Positions 1 to 12,200 of a stretch of DNA of 64,000 nucleotides are shown here, one piece after another; position 1 is the first letter of the stretch, and each line of letters opens with the position of its first letter. Source of the stretch: Flaccisagitta enflata (Eukaryota); NCBI GenBank assembly GCA_965153355.1, contig OZ231126.1, forward strand, positions 29,822,001-29,886,000. Direction: 5' to 3'. The notes beneath the pieces were generated by a model. The model made no database searches, was not told where the DNA came from, and saw only the letters and a list, made by a program, of their open reading frames with translations. A program made the translations under genes and the position numbers.

Positions 1-1292
1 TTTAATTCGAATTTTGCAGGGCTTGATTATTTAGTACGCTTTACTTGTATACCAAATTAAAAAAAAATTCACACAGTTTCACTACCCTCTGCCTATGTAA
101 ATCGCCCAAGTCCAGTAAAATATTACTACAAAAATAATAGGCAAAGGGTAGTAAAAGTTTATGAATTTTTTTGAAAATTGGTACACAAGCTCCTATTGAC
201 CTATTAACAACACCAGCAAAGTTTCATAAAATTCTGAAGTCTGGATCCAAAAATGTGAGAAGGTTTTAAACGACGACGACGACAAACAGACTACACGATC
301 ACTGCTATCACATAGTCACCGACGAAAACTGTTCGTCGGGGACAAAAATGCCGATGTCCTGTAGAACACGGGGAATTTCCAGACGTCCATCCTTCTGTCC
401 GTCTTTCCTTCCGGCCTTCTGTCCCTCCCCCCCATTAGCCATCATGGCCTCAAATTTGCCCTCCCAGCTCTTGATTTAGCCCTCCAGGCCTCAAGTTGGC
501 CTTCCAGGCTTCATATCAGCCCCCCAGCTTCAGATCTGACCTCCAAACCTCAAATCTGCCCTTTAGAACTTCAATTAGCCATCACGCCACAGGGGAGGCT
601 TTCATAGGTCAAGAAAAATTCTCGGTCATAATGGCGAGTGGTTTGGGCCTCAGGAAGGTTCACTTTATCACTTCATACCAAAACGAAAATTTTTTTACTT
701 CAAAATTTTTTTAAAATGCTGTAAAACGCCATAAAAGGCCTGTAAAATTGGCATTTTTGACAGTTTTTTTGTCCAAAACCGCCGCTATGGTCAAAATTTT
801 ATCAGACTCACTAGAACAGCTGTTTCCGAATTAAAAATCAGCCATCATGAGTTTTTAAGAGGGCAGGTGTGGGACGTCGAAACAAAGAGCCTTAATTCAG
901 CCCCCTTGGGTTTCAAAAAAGCTCATTTAGACATTGAACAAGCCCTCTCAAACAAAATCGAGCCTTTTCAGGCCTCAGATGAGCCCTCACTAGCCCGAAA
1001 TCAGCCTTTGAACTCATACAATTTTTACTCATACAATCTTGTCTCCTTTGGAGCTCCTCTTTTGTTATTTTTGGGGCTCTCTGACCAAATATGTCACTCA
1101 ATGCTTGTATGAGTGAGAAGAAGCTGCGAAGCAGAACAACAACCCTGAAAAGGTACAAGTCCTATAGCACACGGGGGGAATTTTGTGAAAGCAGATACAG
1201 GCCTGTATATGGTTCCACATTGATCCAAATTCCAAATAAATCAAAGAGTTTGGAGAAAGGGAAGAAGAAGGAAGGAGGGGAAAAAGAGAAAA

Positions 1293-1495
1293 AACAAGGC
1301 CGGATAGACAGCAACCCCAGTCGCGTGTGGGTGGGCAGGGGCTATATTTGAGGTCACTTGATCATTTGGGCAGGAGCAGTGAGGCTAAAGACCGCAAAAA
1401 CCCCCAAAAAGTAAATTGTGATGGACGGACCAACGGATGGACGGACAGATGGACCAACAAAGCGGAGTGTAGAGTCGTGTAGCACGCGACTAAAA
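1293..1495 (+). mobile_element. Helentron/HINE (DINE-1-like) family A short element; at least 15 copies or variants (e.g. 15294-15435, 16931-17238, 17779-17920, 18149-18328, 24665-25338, 31027-31190, 35963-36505, 36893-37350, 48311-48455, 53469-54006, 54243-54365, 54534-55485, 61420-61585, 62030-62145, 62185-62556)
   Basis: Shared 5' AACAAGGCCGGATACACGGC, GGGTGGGCAGG core, (GACG/GACC)n microsatellite and 3' TAGAGTCGCGT..ACGCGACT hairpin followed by an A-run; no TSD seen. This layout matches Helentron-associated interspersed elements. Confidence 0.7.
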
Positions 1496-1778
1496 AGAAA
1501 ATTTGGGAAAAATATAATTTTTGGCAGTAACAAATTATAAAACCCAATAAGTAAAACACAATTAAAAACTTTTTAAACCTTAAACACTAGCCTAACAATT
1601 ATTTACACGAAGTCATAGGAAAGGGATATAGCTCAAAAATTATGTAAGAAAATGGTCCATGAAACACATTTAGCCATACGACCCCTATGAACTATGGCCG
1701 CCACCCACCCCCTTCCCCATAATAAAGTACAGGAAACCCTGGAGGCCAAAATCCATCCCATACAATTTCTATGGGATA

Positions 1779-2213
1779 CACTTTTTTTTTTTTATAAGAG
1801 ACCAGTTTATAAGAGACATGAGCCTGAGATTTGCCGAAATTTTAAGAACAAAATAAGAAAATGCCCAGGCTGAGATTCAGCTCCGGCCATTTTCGAAAAC
1901 AATTTTATTCAAGTTTCTTATCTAAAAAATGAATTCAATTCAAATTTTTCAGAAATATAGGTTGTTTATCTTTAAAAATAACTTCTTTTCTTAGTTTGCC
2001 TATGAAATCAGGCATTATATTAAAAAGAATATAACAATTATCAAGTTTAAGATACAACTGCTCTAAATAAGGTATTTTCATACAATTTAGACATTTATGA
2101 ACATCGAACAAATTAAGAACACTTTAAGAGAATTTCAGGCTGAAAACAGACAAAAATTTAAGAACACCCAGGCTGAGTTCAAAAAAGTTGTCTCTTATAA
2201 AAAAAAAAAAGTG
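1779..2213. mobile_element. TA-flanked MITE nested in an older inverted-repeat element (~1590-2350); degenerate relative at ~42434-42853
   Basis: TA|CACTTTTTTTTTTTTATAAGAGAC ... GTCTCTTATAAAAAAAAAAAAGTG|TA; outer arms 1590-1712 and 2218-2350 are reverse complements. Confidence 0.8.
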
Positions 2214-2879
2214 TATGAGGGGGTTGGCGGCCATAGTTTATGGGGGTCGTATGGCTAAATTATTTTTGTGGACCATTTTTATACCTGGTTTTGAGCTATA
2301 TCCCTTTGATAGAGAACTTTCCTATGACTTTGAGTAAATTGTTGGTATGCTATTAAACACTGTTTTGCTGCTTCATGGAGGAGAAAATCATAGATTTGGT
2401 AACACCACCCAATGAGTTGCAGGGAAGGAAATCAAGGGGGGGGAATTAATCAAAGGTCATGGAACTATATACACCCCTGAGCTAAAAAGTCAAAGTACTA
2501 GTTGAAGACTTATAATGCTTTCAAGATGATGCTTAGCCCAGGAGAGTCGATTCAAGGTCTGTGAAGACTGATTGAGGGCTGGGGGGGCTAATTTGAGGTC
2601 TTGATGGGCAAAGGGGGGATAGAAGGACGGATGGAAGGAAGCACGGACATCTGGAAATTCCCCCTGTGTTTTACAAGACATTGGTCCTTTGGGGCTGCTG
2701 CCCAAAAAAGGGGGATGTTTTCTGCTCATTTTTTTGCAATGTTTCACAATCTCCCTGATTGATAGACTGACAGTTGAACAGATTAACCATTGGAAAAATC
2801 AACAGACTAGCCAAGAGACAAAGCCCCTTGCATATATTCGAGAATGCATGTAAAAACAGGATGAGACCATGAAACTAGT

Positions 2880-3530
2880 CATCCAAGGATCGCACATGGT
2901 CAGCGGTACCAGATGCCCTGCTTGGAGTGATCAACTGAAGAAGTGGAGTGAGAGCAGGGCAGCGACCCCAAAGGGCCGATGTCCTGTAGGACACAGGGAT
3001 GAATTTCCAGACGTCCTGAGAAGGCACATTAAAGGGCTGATTAGATCAATTGAAGCACACTAATGAGGCATGTAGGGGCTGATTTAAGGGGTCAAGGGCT
3101 CAAATAGGATCAATGATGATTTTGGGGGCTTAATTGAGACACAAGTGATTAGATTTTAGGTTTGAGAGGGCTGGTTTTAGGCCTGAAATGCTTGATTTTT
3201 AGCCTGACAAGGCTGATTTAGGGTATCAGAGAGCTAATTTTGGGGCTGAGAGGGCTGATTTTGGGCCTGAGAGGACTGATTTTGGGCCTGAGAGGGCTGA
3301 TTTTGGGCTTAGGAGGGTTGAGTTTTGGGCCTGAAAGGACTGATATTGGGCCTGAGAAGGCTGATTTTGGGCTTGAGAGGGCTGATTTTAGGCTTGAGAT
3401 GGCTGATATGGGGCCTGAGAGGAGCCTCGGGAGGGGGGGGACGTACGTACGGACGTACGGACGTACGGACGTCTGGAAATTCACCCCTGTGTCCTACAGG
3501 ACATCGGCCCTTTGGGGCCGCTGCCCAAAA
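2880..3530 (+). mobile_element. Family B-related HINE-like element with a different 21-bp array
   Basis: Inverted repeat GGGCAGCG(A/G)CCCCAAAGGGCCGATGTCCTGTAGGACACAGGG at ~2957 and ending 3526; (GGGCCTGAGAGGGCTGATTTT)n at 3150-3420. Confidence 0.7.
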
Positions 3531-4109
3531 ACTGATGGTGGGAAAATCCTCGGAAATCCCCATGACAATGCTTATGTTTGACAGCCTATAAATATGGTTT
3601 TGTTCAAGGAATTGACAAAAAATTGGTGACAGTTTTAAAGATCTTGAAAAGATCTTTCAAATGGGACCAATCTGGCATTTCTAGCTTTATTCGTTCAAAA
3701 GTTACGAGCAAAACAAGTGAAATAAAGAAAATGGAAGAAAAATTCAATAATCTGGAAAATGGTGCAAAATCTCCATAACATTGCTTATGTTTAACAGCTT
3801 ATAACTCGGTTGTTTTTAAATGGAAGTCAAAAAAATTGGTGACGGTTGGGAAGATCTTGAAAAGATCTTTTAAATGGGACCAATCTGGCATTTCTAACTT
3901 TAAGCGTTTAAAAGTTATAAGCAAAACAAGGGACATTGTCCAAAAGAGGGAAAGTTTTATGGCCTGTACCAACCACCCAGAAAAAAATGAGAATTAAAAA
4001 AAAGGCGCTCTTGGAATTATTTTGAAACCTTTTGACATGGATTATACATGGGCTGGACCACCAGAAACCATGAAAAAAGTGGCAGTAATCCTAGTTTAAA
4101 GTTAGCGGT

Positions 4110-4875
4110 GGAGATCCAGAGCAGTGCTTGGTCGTCATCAGAAAACGGCTCTGTGAAAGCAGGTGTGTTGAAGGCGTCCCATCGATTGGTAGAAGTCACC
4201 TCATTGACAGATGGAGGTGTACTGTGGCGTGGGCGGTCCTCTGCATCGAAGTAAGAGTCAGCAATTTTGGCAGCGTCTTTGAACGAAAGGGTTTCAATCC
4301 GCTCTTGCAGCATGCGTCGAATTTCCATTGGCATTTCCCTGAGGAGCATCTCTTTCTTTATTTCGTCCACAGTCACATCCTTAGTCGTGTCATCTAATGC
4401 TGCAGCGTATTGTGACGGCCTTCTCCCATTTCTTTTGAAGCCGTCGATGAAGACTGATGCGCGTTGTTGTTTGGTGGAACCATACTCGGCGCGGAGGTAG
4501 TTGAGAAAAGATGTCCAGTTGGCTGGAGTTGCATCTCCATAAAGGAATTCGTCTACTCTTGGATTGAAGTTGACTGGAAATTTTGACTCCAGGAATGCAA
4601 ACTTCTCCTGGGTGGATGTGATGTTTGCTCGGATGTAAGCATTCTCTGTGCGCTTGAACCATATTTCAATATGGTCTTTGTCAAAATTTGGGATCTCCGG
4701 TTTTCGCCGTATAGCATCAGGGATCTGAGCTGCTGCTGCAGCTGTTTCATTTCTGAATTCAGCCCTGATTTCGTTCCTCAGTTCATCTCGGATGGCAGCG
4801 ATTTGCTCCGGTGTTGCCTTATTGAATGTGAAGATGAGTTTCTGACTGTGAACATGTAGTTGTTCTTTGGTTGTT
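4110..4875 (-). pseudogene. gag-like reading frame of the LTR element (no in-frame ATG at its 5' end, 3' truncated)
   Basis: Open frame ...KPEIPNFDKDHIEIWFKRTENAYIRANITSTQEKFAFL...EYGSTKQQRASVFIDGFKRNGRRPSQY...KEMLLREMPMEIRRML, resembling the PxF...WF...E and G.R.PSQ motifs of invertebrate Ty3/gypsy Gag. Confidence 0.7.
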
Positions 4876-5464
4876 CATTGGGCGAGATCAATGCGGGATC
4901 GCCTATAGAGCGGGGCAAATGCAACGAAGTTCACTCAGTGATTGTGTGGCGCTGGCTAAGAAACAGTTCCGGTTTACCGGCTTCTCTTCTGAACAACCTC
5001 TCAAACAAGTTGTTACAGATTTCTGGTTTACCAGCTTCTCTTCTGCTCCACCTCTCGGACAGGTTGGAACAGATATCCGGTCTACCGGCCTCTTGTTGGG
5101 GACTGACTTTTGACTCAACCAGATTAGTCAGCTTAGCCTTCAGCGCAGCGCAATTGGCGCGCCTCATTAGGGGCTGGACTGAGGTTGGAATATAGTTCAG
5201 TTGGGCTCACCAGTGTAGATAACGCTACTAACTGGCTAGCTAGCTCTTGCGTGACTATAAGCCAGGACTCGGATCGTAACTGAATACTTGAGTCTTTCCT
5301 CTATGAACTCGCAAGTTAATAGATAGAGGCGTGTGTATAGTCCGAGCAGCCTTATGAAGGGGTTATATTTCTTACCCTTCCCTCATCAGTTGAATCTACA
5401 TTAGTTTCAAGGATATAAGAGCAGTCAGGGTGAATTACAAGATATGCCATAAGAGATAGCTACA
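4110..5464 (-). mobile_element. Truncated Ty3/gypsy-like LTR retrotransposon: 5' LTR (5464 or 5400 to 5214), PBS, leader with 54-bp repeats, gag fragment
   Basis: TGTAG...CTACA LTR ends. The minus strand reads ...CTACA-C-TGGTGAGCCCAA (PBS 5212-5201). A 54-bp unit occurs at 4969, 5023 and 5077. A gag-like frame follows; there is no pol and no second LTR. Confidence 0.75.
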
Positions 5465-5664
5465 TCACTTTGCAATAGGATTATATAGGAGGGTAATTGT
5501 GACAATGTAACATAATTGACCTCATGTATGACATATAAGAGAAGGGGGAAAGGAGTATAGCAATAATCGGATATGCAAGAACAAAGGAATTAATCATAAG
5601 AGTGGATACTGCATTATGCAAATGAGATTGATGATAGCAGATAAAAGGATGGACTCTATTGAGA

Positions 5665-5762
5665 GCCCACAAGCACCACTCAGGATTTGAACCTGTGACA
5701 CTGAAGAGAGAAAATTTAATTTTTTCAAGATCATCACTCTATCAACAGAGCTATCGCGTCAC
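5665..5762 (-). other. tRNA-derived (SINE head-like) Pol III promoter remnant
   Basis: A-box-like TAGCTCTGTTGATAGAG (5753-5737) and B-box GGTTCAAATCC (5693-5683) on the minus strand; no intact cloverleaf. Confidence 0.55.
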
Positions 5763-6134
5763 ATGCAATACAAAATATCAATTGGCGGTTTTGTTATAAA
5801 TCACTTGGTTTGGAATTTTGTGTTCACTCAATATCTTGAATCATCAGCTTTCAGAAAAACCAAAGCATGAGGTTCTTCCTTAAAACAGTGAGAATATAGA
5901 GGGCCCTCTTTCTACTGCTCTTATTGCTCCCATCGTACTGTATCTTCATGACATTCTTCATGTATCTATCCATCTTTTACCTCGCCATTTTTTCATACCT
6001 CTGGAAAATAGCTTTCTTTTTTTCTTTTTCCTGACTGTCTGCCTGTCTGTCTGTCCGTCTGACTGTCTCTCTCTGTAGCTTTCTTTGTTGCTTTCCCTTT
6101 TTCTCTTGGTCGTATCATCCTCCCTTATCGATAA

Positions 6135-8866
6135 TCAAAACCTCAAAAAGTGCCAAGTACGGAATAAGGGCGAAAAAACCTGCGGCGGTTTGATTCCTCG
6201 ATTGCCCTTTTGTTTGTAGGTTTTTGGCCAAGGTGGCGTGATGCTGCGTTTCAAAAACGGTCTTTTGGGATTATCGTAATTGACGAAAGGCCGCGGGTGA
6301 AGATAAGGCGCGCGCCATCTTTCCGTCTTGCTTTTGGTGTTGTACCAACCTTCCATCTTCCACGTTTTCGGAACAAAAGTCGGCGCTAAATCGGCCTCTT
6401 TGTGAACTCGATACGGTTGAGCGTAAAACAAAGTCCGAGATTCCCGTTCGGAGCAGCCGCTGCCGCTGCCATACGCCGTTCCAGGGGTGCGTGTGGTAGC
6501 TTTGCTTTTGTAACGGTATCGACCTTGATTGTCGGCGCCGTGGCGGCTGCGACCTCCGCCGCCGCGCGCTCCTCCTCCGGCTCCTCTCCCTCCCGTACCC
6601 CTTCCTACTTCGCCTCCTTCTCCATCCCCATCACCTTTGCCTCCCTTTCCGCCTCGGCCTCCCCTACCCCGTCCTCCTTCATCATCACCTTCAGCTCCGT
6701 CCTCCCCACTTCCTCTCCCTCCTCCTCCACCTCCTCCTCCCCCTCCTCTTCCATGAGTCCCGCTACCGGATCCACCGCTGCCTCTTCTTTTAATGCCTTT
6801 GCCCCTGCCATGGCCAGCAGAACCATCATCACCTGCTGATCCGCCTTTTCCACCCTTGCCTGCTCCCTTTCCTCCATCACCCGAACCAGCCCCACCACCA
6901 TCCGCGTCCTCTCCACTTTTGCCTTTTCCACCTTTACCACTTTTACCACCACCAGCTTTACCACCTCCACCTACCGAGTCCACGCTACCTTTTCCACCTC
7001 CACCTTTGCCCGATTTGCGCCCTCCCGCGGATGCCCCGTCTTCATCACCTTCTCCTCCTCCTCCTCTTCCCCCTCCTTTGCCTTTGCCAGCTTTTCCCGT
7101 TCCACTACTTGCTCCACTTACATCGCCTCCCTTACCCTTTCCTCCTTTTCCTTTACCCCCCTTCCCACCTTTTCCTCCTCCACCATCCCCTCCTTCTCCA
7201 TCTCCACCATCACCCCCATTAGATTCCTTACCTCCTTTTCCACCAACTCCCTTGCCACCTTTACCTCCTCCTCCTCCTCCATCACCGCCCTCCCCATCAC
7301 CGCCATCATCCCCATCCGATTTCTTACCTCCTTTGCCTCCCTTTCTACTGCCTTTCCCCCCTTCTCCTTCCTCTCCTGCTCCTCCGCCTCCCTGATCACC
7401 ACCATCACCTCCCTGTGACCTTTTCCCCGACTTGGTCGATCCTTTTCCGACTCCATAAGCGTCAGATCCTCGACCTCCTTCTCCTGCCTGAGATCCTGCC
7501 CCACTTTTACCACCGCCACTTTTGCCATCTCCATCGTTGCCTCCTCTACCACCTCCTCCACTTTTGCCATCTCCGTCGTCACCACCATCACCACCTTTTC
7601 CACCACCGCCAGGGCCACCTCCTCCTCCACCAACAGATTCGCCATCTTTGCCTTCCTTCCCGCCGGCACCGCCTGTAGATCCTCCGCCCCCATCTTTACC
7701 GCCACCACCGCCACCGCCCGCAGCACCTCTTTCGCCACCACCTGCTCCTTTCCCACCACCACTCGCTCCTCCTTTCCCTGTGCCTCCACCACCACCACCG
7801 CCGCCGCCGCCGCCACCCCCCCCTATGCCGGCCTTTTCCGCCGCTCGGAGTCTTTCCTCCAACTTTTTGGCTCCCGCTCCTCCTCCTCCTCCTCCACCTC
7901 CCGCTTTCTTCTTCTCCTCTTGCCTCTGCGACTTGACTTGAGCGATGGTTTTGTCGACGAGGCTGCTCCGATCTGCCGTCTTGCCGGCGGCGTCCGCGTC
8001 GTCGTCTCCGATGATGGCGGTGGCCAATGGATTCGTCTCTTTGACGTCGTAGACTTTCTTCATTTCGTTGACGTTTCTGTCGCCTTTTCTGCTTCTCTTC
8101 GCCGTCAATCTCGATGAAGTCATCGATGCGGCTCCGGATGAAGCGATCGATGCCGCCGATGGCTTGGTCCAATTTGTGTTGATGCTCGTCTCCTTCGCCG
8201 ATCGCGTCACCTTTTTATTTTGAACATATGAAGTGTACATGATAGTTATCAGTTTTGATGTAAGAATCCCAAGTTCGACTGAAAACTCTCGATTCTCACC
8301 TTGACTTTTCGTTCACTGTCTCTTCTCGAGGAGACTTTGCTATTATTCCTCTTATTCGCCTCCATCCGACTCCCTCTAGTCGAAACCCTCGATTGACTTT
8401 CTCCAGTCGAAACCCTCGATTGACTTCCTCCATTCAGTGTCCTCGTCCGACTTCCGCCTTTTTTCATTTTCCGCTTTGCTCCTCCTTCTTCCCCTCTTCT
8501 TTTCCCTCCACTTCCTCCTCCTCCTCCTCCGCCGCTGCTTTTCTTCATCCCTTCGACGTTGTATTCTTGCGCCAAGTCCTGCATACTTTCCGTGTCGTCG
8601 GTGTCCTTCAATGACGTCATCATTTGATCAGAAGATGATCCTTTCTTGATATTTCGCACAACGGCGCCTCTTTCTCCTCCTCTGCTCGCCTTTTCATCTT
8701 CCTTACCACCGTTCGTTATTTTGTCTTGATCGTTTATTTGATCTAAATTCGAGGGGCTCTCATTCAGATTGATTTCTTCTTCTCGACCTTCTGCAACTTC
8801 CACGAGAGATAATGCTTCTGGCGCTTCAATCATTTGCTGCTCTTCGATTTGCGCTTTCTCCATTCC

Positions 8867-8905
<39 letters not shown>

Positions 8906-9071
8906 CCCTCCTCCTCCTCCTCCCCAACTTCCTGATTTCATCCTCGCCCAAAAGTTGTCCGACATCTCCTGGGCTTCCTCCACGTTTATACCGAGGTCGG
9001 GACTGGTGCTCGAATCCTGCATGTGTCAGTTGTGTCACGCGTGATTGTTATCATTTAGTATCGGTAAGAGT

Positions 9072-9139
<68 letters not shown>

Positions 9140-9140
9140 G

Positions 9141-9235
<95 letters not shown>

Positions 9236-12200
9236 TAAACATGAAACAGACATGAGACAGATAGGCAGAGAAAAAAAAAGAAGAAAGAAACGGAGAAAAG
9301 CAACGAGCACGAATTGACAGGGGTGTAAATTATTGAGTCGCTTTTGATTTTCCCCTCCCCCCTTGCCTTTGATTTTCTCCCCCGCGACGCGTCGCGTCAT
9401 GTACAGTTGAACCCCGCTCTAACGGACCCGCCACCAACGGAATTCCGCCTACAATAGATTCAAATTCATGGTCTCTTCAAATTAATTTGTTTTTTTCCTT
9501 TATTGGTAATAACAGAAGTCTGCTTATTATAGAAAAAACATTTTGGTCCCCTGAAATCCGTTAGAGCGGGGTTCAACTGTATTAGATTCTATGGTTTTCT
9601 TCCCCACTAGTTTTTATGATTTAGTACTGTCAAAAGTTGTATTTTCCCCAAATTTTCTTTCTTTTTCTTTTTCCCCCCTTTGATTTCCTTCCCCATCTCC
9701 CCCCCCCCCCCACGGGGGGAGGTGGGAGGGGAAAACTCAATGATATACAGGTCTGCGAATGGATCCATTATCACACCCAAAAAATTGACACCATACCTTC
9801 TCAGCCTCGACGCCCTGTTTCTCTTCCTGCTCCTCCTCCTCTTCATCTCCCAGCATTCTTCCACTTTCCATGCTCGTAACAGACGATAACATTTCAGCTT
9901 TGTCGTGATTCAGATTGATATTGGTGCATCTCAGTGTCTCGTTAGCGATAGATGGCGCCGCCGCGATCACTTGCAGCGGCTCACCGGGATTCCGATGTAT
10001 CAAATGATGCCGCTTCGATAGCGAAGTAATTCTAGACTCTTCCATTTCCTGGTCTCTTTCTTCCATCTCATCGCTTTTCTCTCTTTCCAAATGTTCTTCC
10101 TCCTCCTCCTCCTCCTCCTCCTCTCCGTCTTGCTTCCCATCCTCTTCCTCATTGTCATTGTTGCAAGAGATGGCGTTTCTTCCCAATTCCTTTTCGAGGC
10201 TCGATAAATTGAGTTCGGAATCTCCTTCCAACGTTGAATCAGAAGAGAGCATCGCCGCGTGCGTCGCAATTGGAGAATGCCCCATCTCAGGATTTGAAAT
10301 CATCGAGAGTGCTTCCCTCGGAGATCCTCGTTCACTTCCTCCAACGCTGTCTTCGACGCTGTCTCCCGACTCCTCGTCAATAATACGTTTACCGGACTGG
10401 ACTATTTGTATCATTTCCCCTTCCATGGCCTCGACCGCCTCTGTTCTGTCCCGCGCTTCACTTTCCGCCATTTGAACGGCGTGCTCTGGATTTTGCTGTC
10501 GTTGCTGTTGCTGATTTTGTTGTTGATCTGTTTGCGTTTGCCGCTGCTGCTGGGGTTGTTGTTGTTGTTGCCCCGCAATGACATAGGCCGTTTCTACGGG
10601 CGACTTCGTAAACCCAACGGCAGACCGCATCAAAAGACTTTTCTTAGAAGGAGAGCGGCTTTTATTCAAAGATACTTTCTTGCCTAATGACGAGGCTGAA
10701 GTGCTCAATTCTCCTTCGCTCCGATCGGTGGAAGTAGAAGAGGATGACAACGCTGATCCCGAAACCATCTGCGTGAGAGACCCTGGCCCCGAAGAAGAGG
10801 AAGGAAGAGAACTCAGCTTTCTTTTGCCGCGACTCTTATGATCTTTCTGAGGAGGGGGTGATGTCGGAGGAACTGGAGATGGTGCTGGTCGAGTTTGTCC
10901 TAATGAAGGAGCATGAGCAGTTAAACGTTGTCCCGAACGCTCTGATGTGGGAGACTGAGCAGGTGAAAGTTGTCCTGAAGGTCCAAGTGAAGATGGAGTT
11001 GGCGATTGAGCTGGAGAAAAGTTTTCTATAACTCCCGATGGTGCCGATGTAGGAGGTGCTGGTGTATGAGCTAGAGATAATTGTCCCGAAATGGCTGCTG
11101 CTGGTGTTAAAGCTGGAGAAATCTGTCCAGATATTTTTAAAGCTGGATGCACTGGTGAAAAATTTGGTGAAAGTTGTCCGGATGATCCAAACGATGAAGT
11201 GGCTGCTGTGTCCATTGCAACAGGATTTGGTGATTGTGGTTGCGGTTCTGTTGTCCCATTTGTCTTAAGTTTCAATGATTTTGCCTTTGAAAGTAGACTC
11301 AATTTTCCAACTTTTGCGGGTGATGATGAACGTTTTTCAGGCACAGCTGTTGGAACTGGGCTTAATGTCCCACTTCCACTCTGGTAAGAAACTTCAGAAG
11401 GCATTGGTGAATCTGGAGGCCAGACTTGTCCTGAGGACATTTCTCCTTCACTTTGATCCTTAATGGTGATGGGTTGAGGTACCGTGGTGAACAAAGGTGA
11501 TTGCGGCGCTGAAGCCTGCCCTGATGATAATGAAGGTGAGACAGATCTTCTACTAATCCGTTTTGGTACTTCTGAAGTTATCTTTTTCCTTATGCCAGCT
11601 TTCAGAAGAAGAGGCGAGGGTGTCAGTGATGGTGATGGCATAACTTGTCCAGATGATGGAGTCTCTCTTGACTGCACTGGAGATGCAATAGGTGAGTTCT
11701 TGTACTGCTCCATCGGTTCCCCATCCGAGAGCAATTGTGATTTATTTTTTGGAACATTATGAAAAGGTGATGTAACAATTAAGACTTGTCCTGATGATGC
11801 GGGTGAGACTTGACCTGATTGTGAGAGTGAGACTTGTCCTGATTGTGTAGGTGAGACTTGTCCCGATGACGCCGGTGAGACTTGTCCTGATCTTGAGAGT
11901 GAGACTTGTCCTGATTGTGTTAGTGAGACTTGTCCCGAAGACGACGGTCGTGAGGAATTGGAATCTCTTTCAGTTTGATTTATGTCCATAAACGCGGAAA
12001 GTGACGCCGAAGGAGAAGGTGAACGCGGCGTTTGTCCCGATGAAGGTGACGGTGACAAACTCATTTCACCTTCACTCCCTCTCCCATCCAACGGCAATGA
12101 AAGTGACGGCGGTGGCAAAGGAGAGTTAGGCAACGAGGCTCGTGAAAGTGATGGTGATAGACTCATTTCACCAGCGCTTCTTTGATCATTCAGAGGGTTG

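Noticed and set aside
5665-5762. Functional tRNA gene
   Set aside because: A and B boxes are present but the acceptor and anticodon stems do not pair; treated as a SINE-like relic.
6402-8117. Pro-rich (extensin/formin-like) plus-strand ORFs
   Set aside because: They are antisense shadows of the Gly-rich exon. The minus frame is open for 2 kb and has splice support, whereas the plus frames are fragmented.
8211-8315. Programmed frameshift or sequencing error between the 257-aa and 701-aa ORFs
   Set aside because: An AT-rich 89-nt GT-AG intron (8299-8211) restores the frame more simply. A 1-nt indel is not fully excluded because the acceptor lacks a pyrimidine tract.
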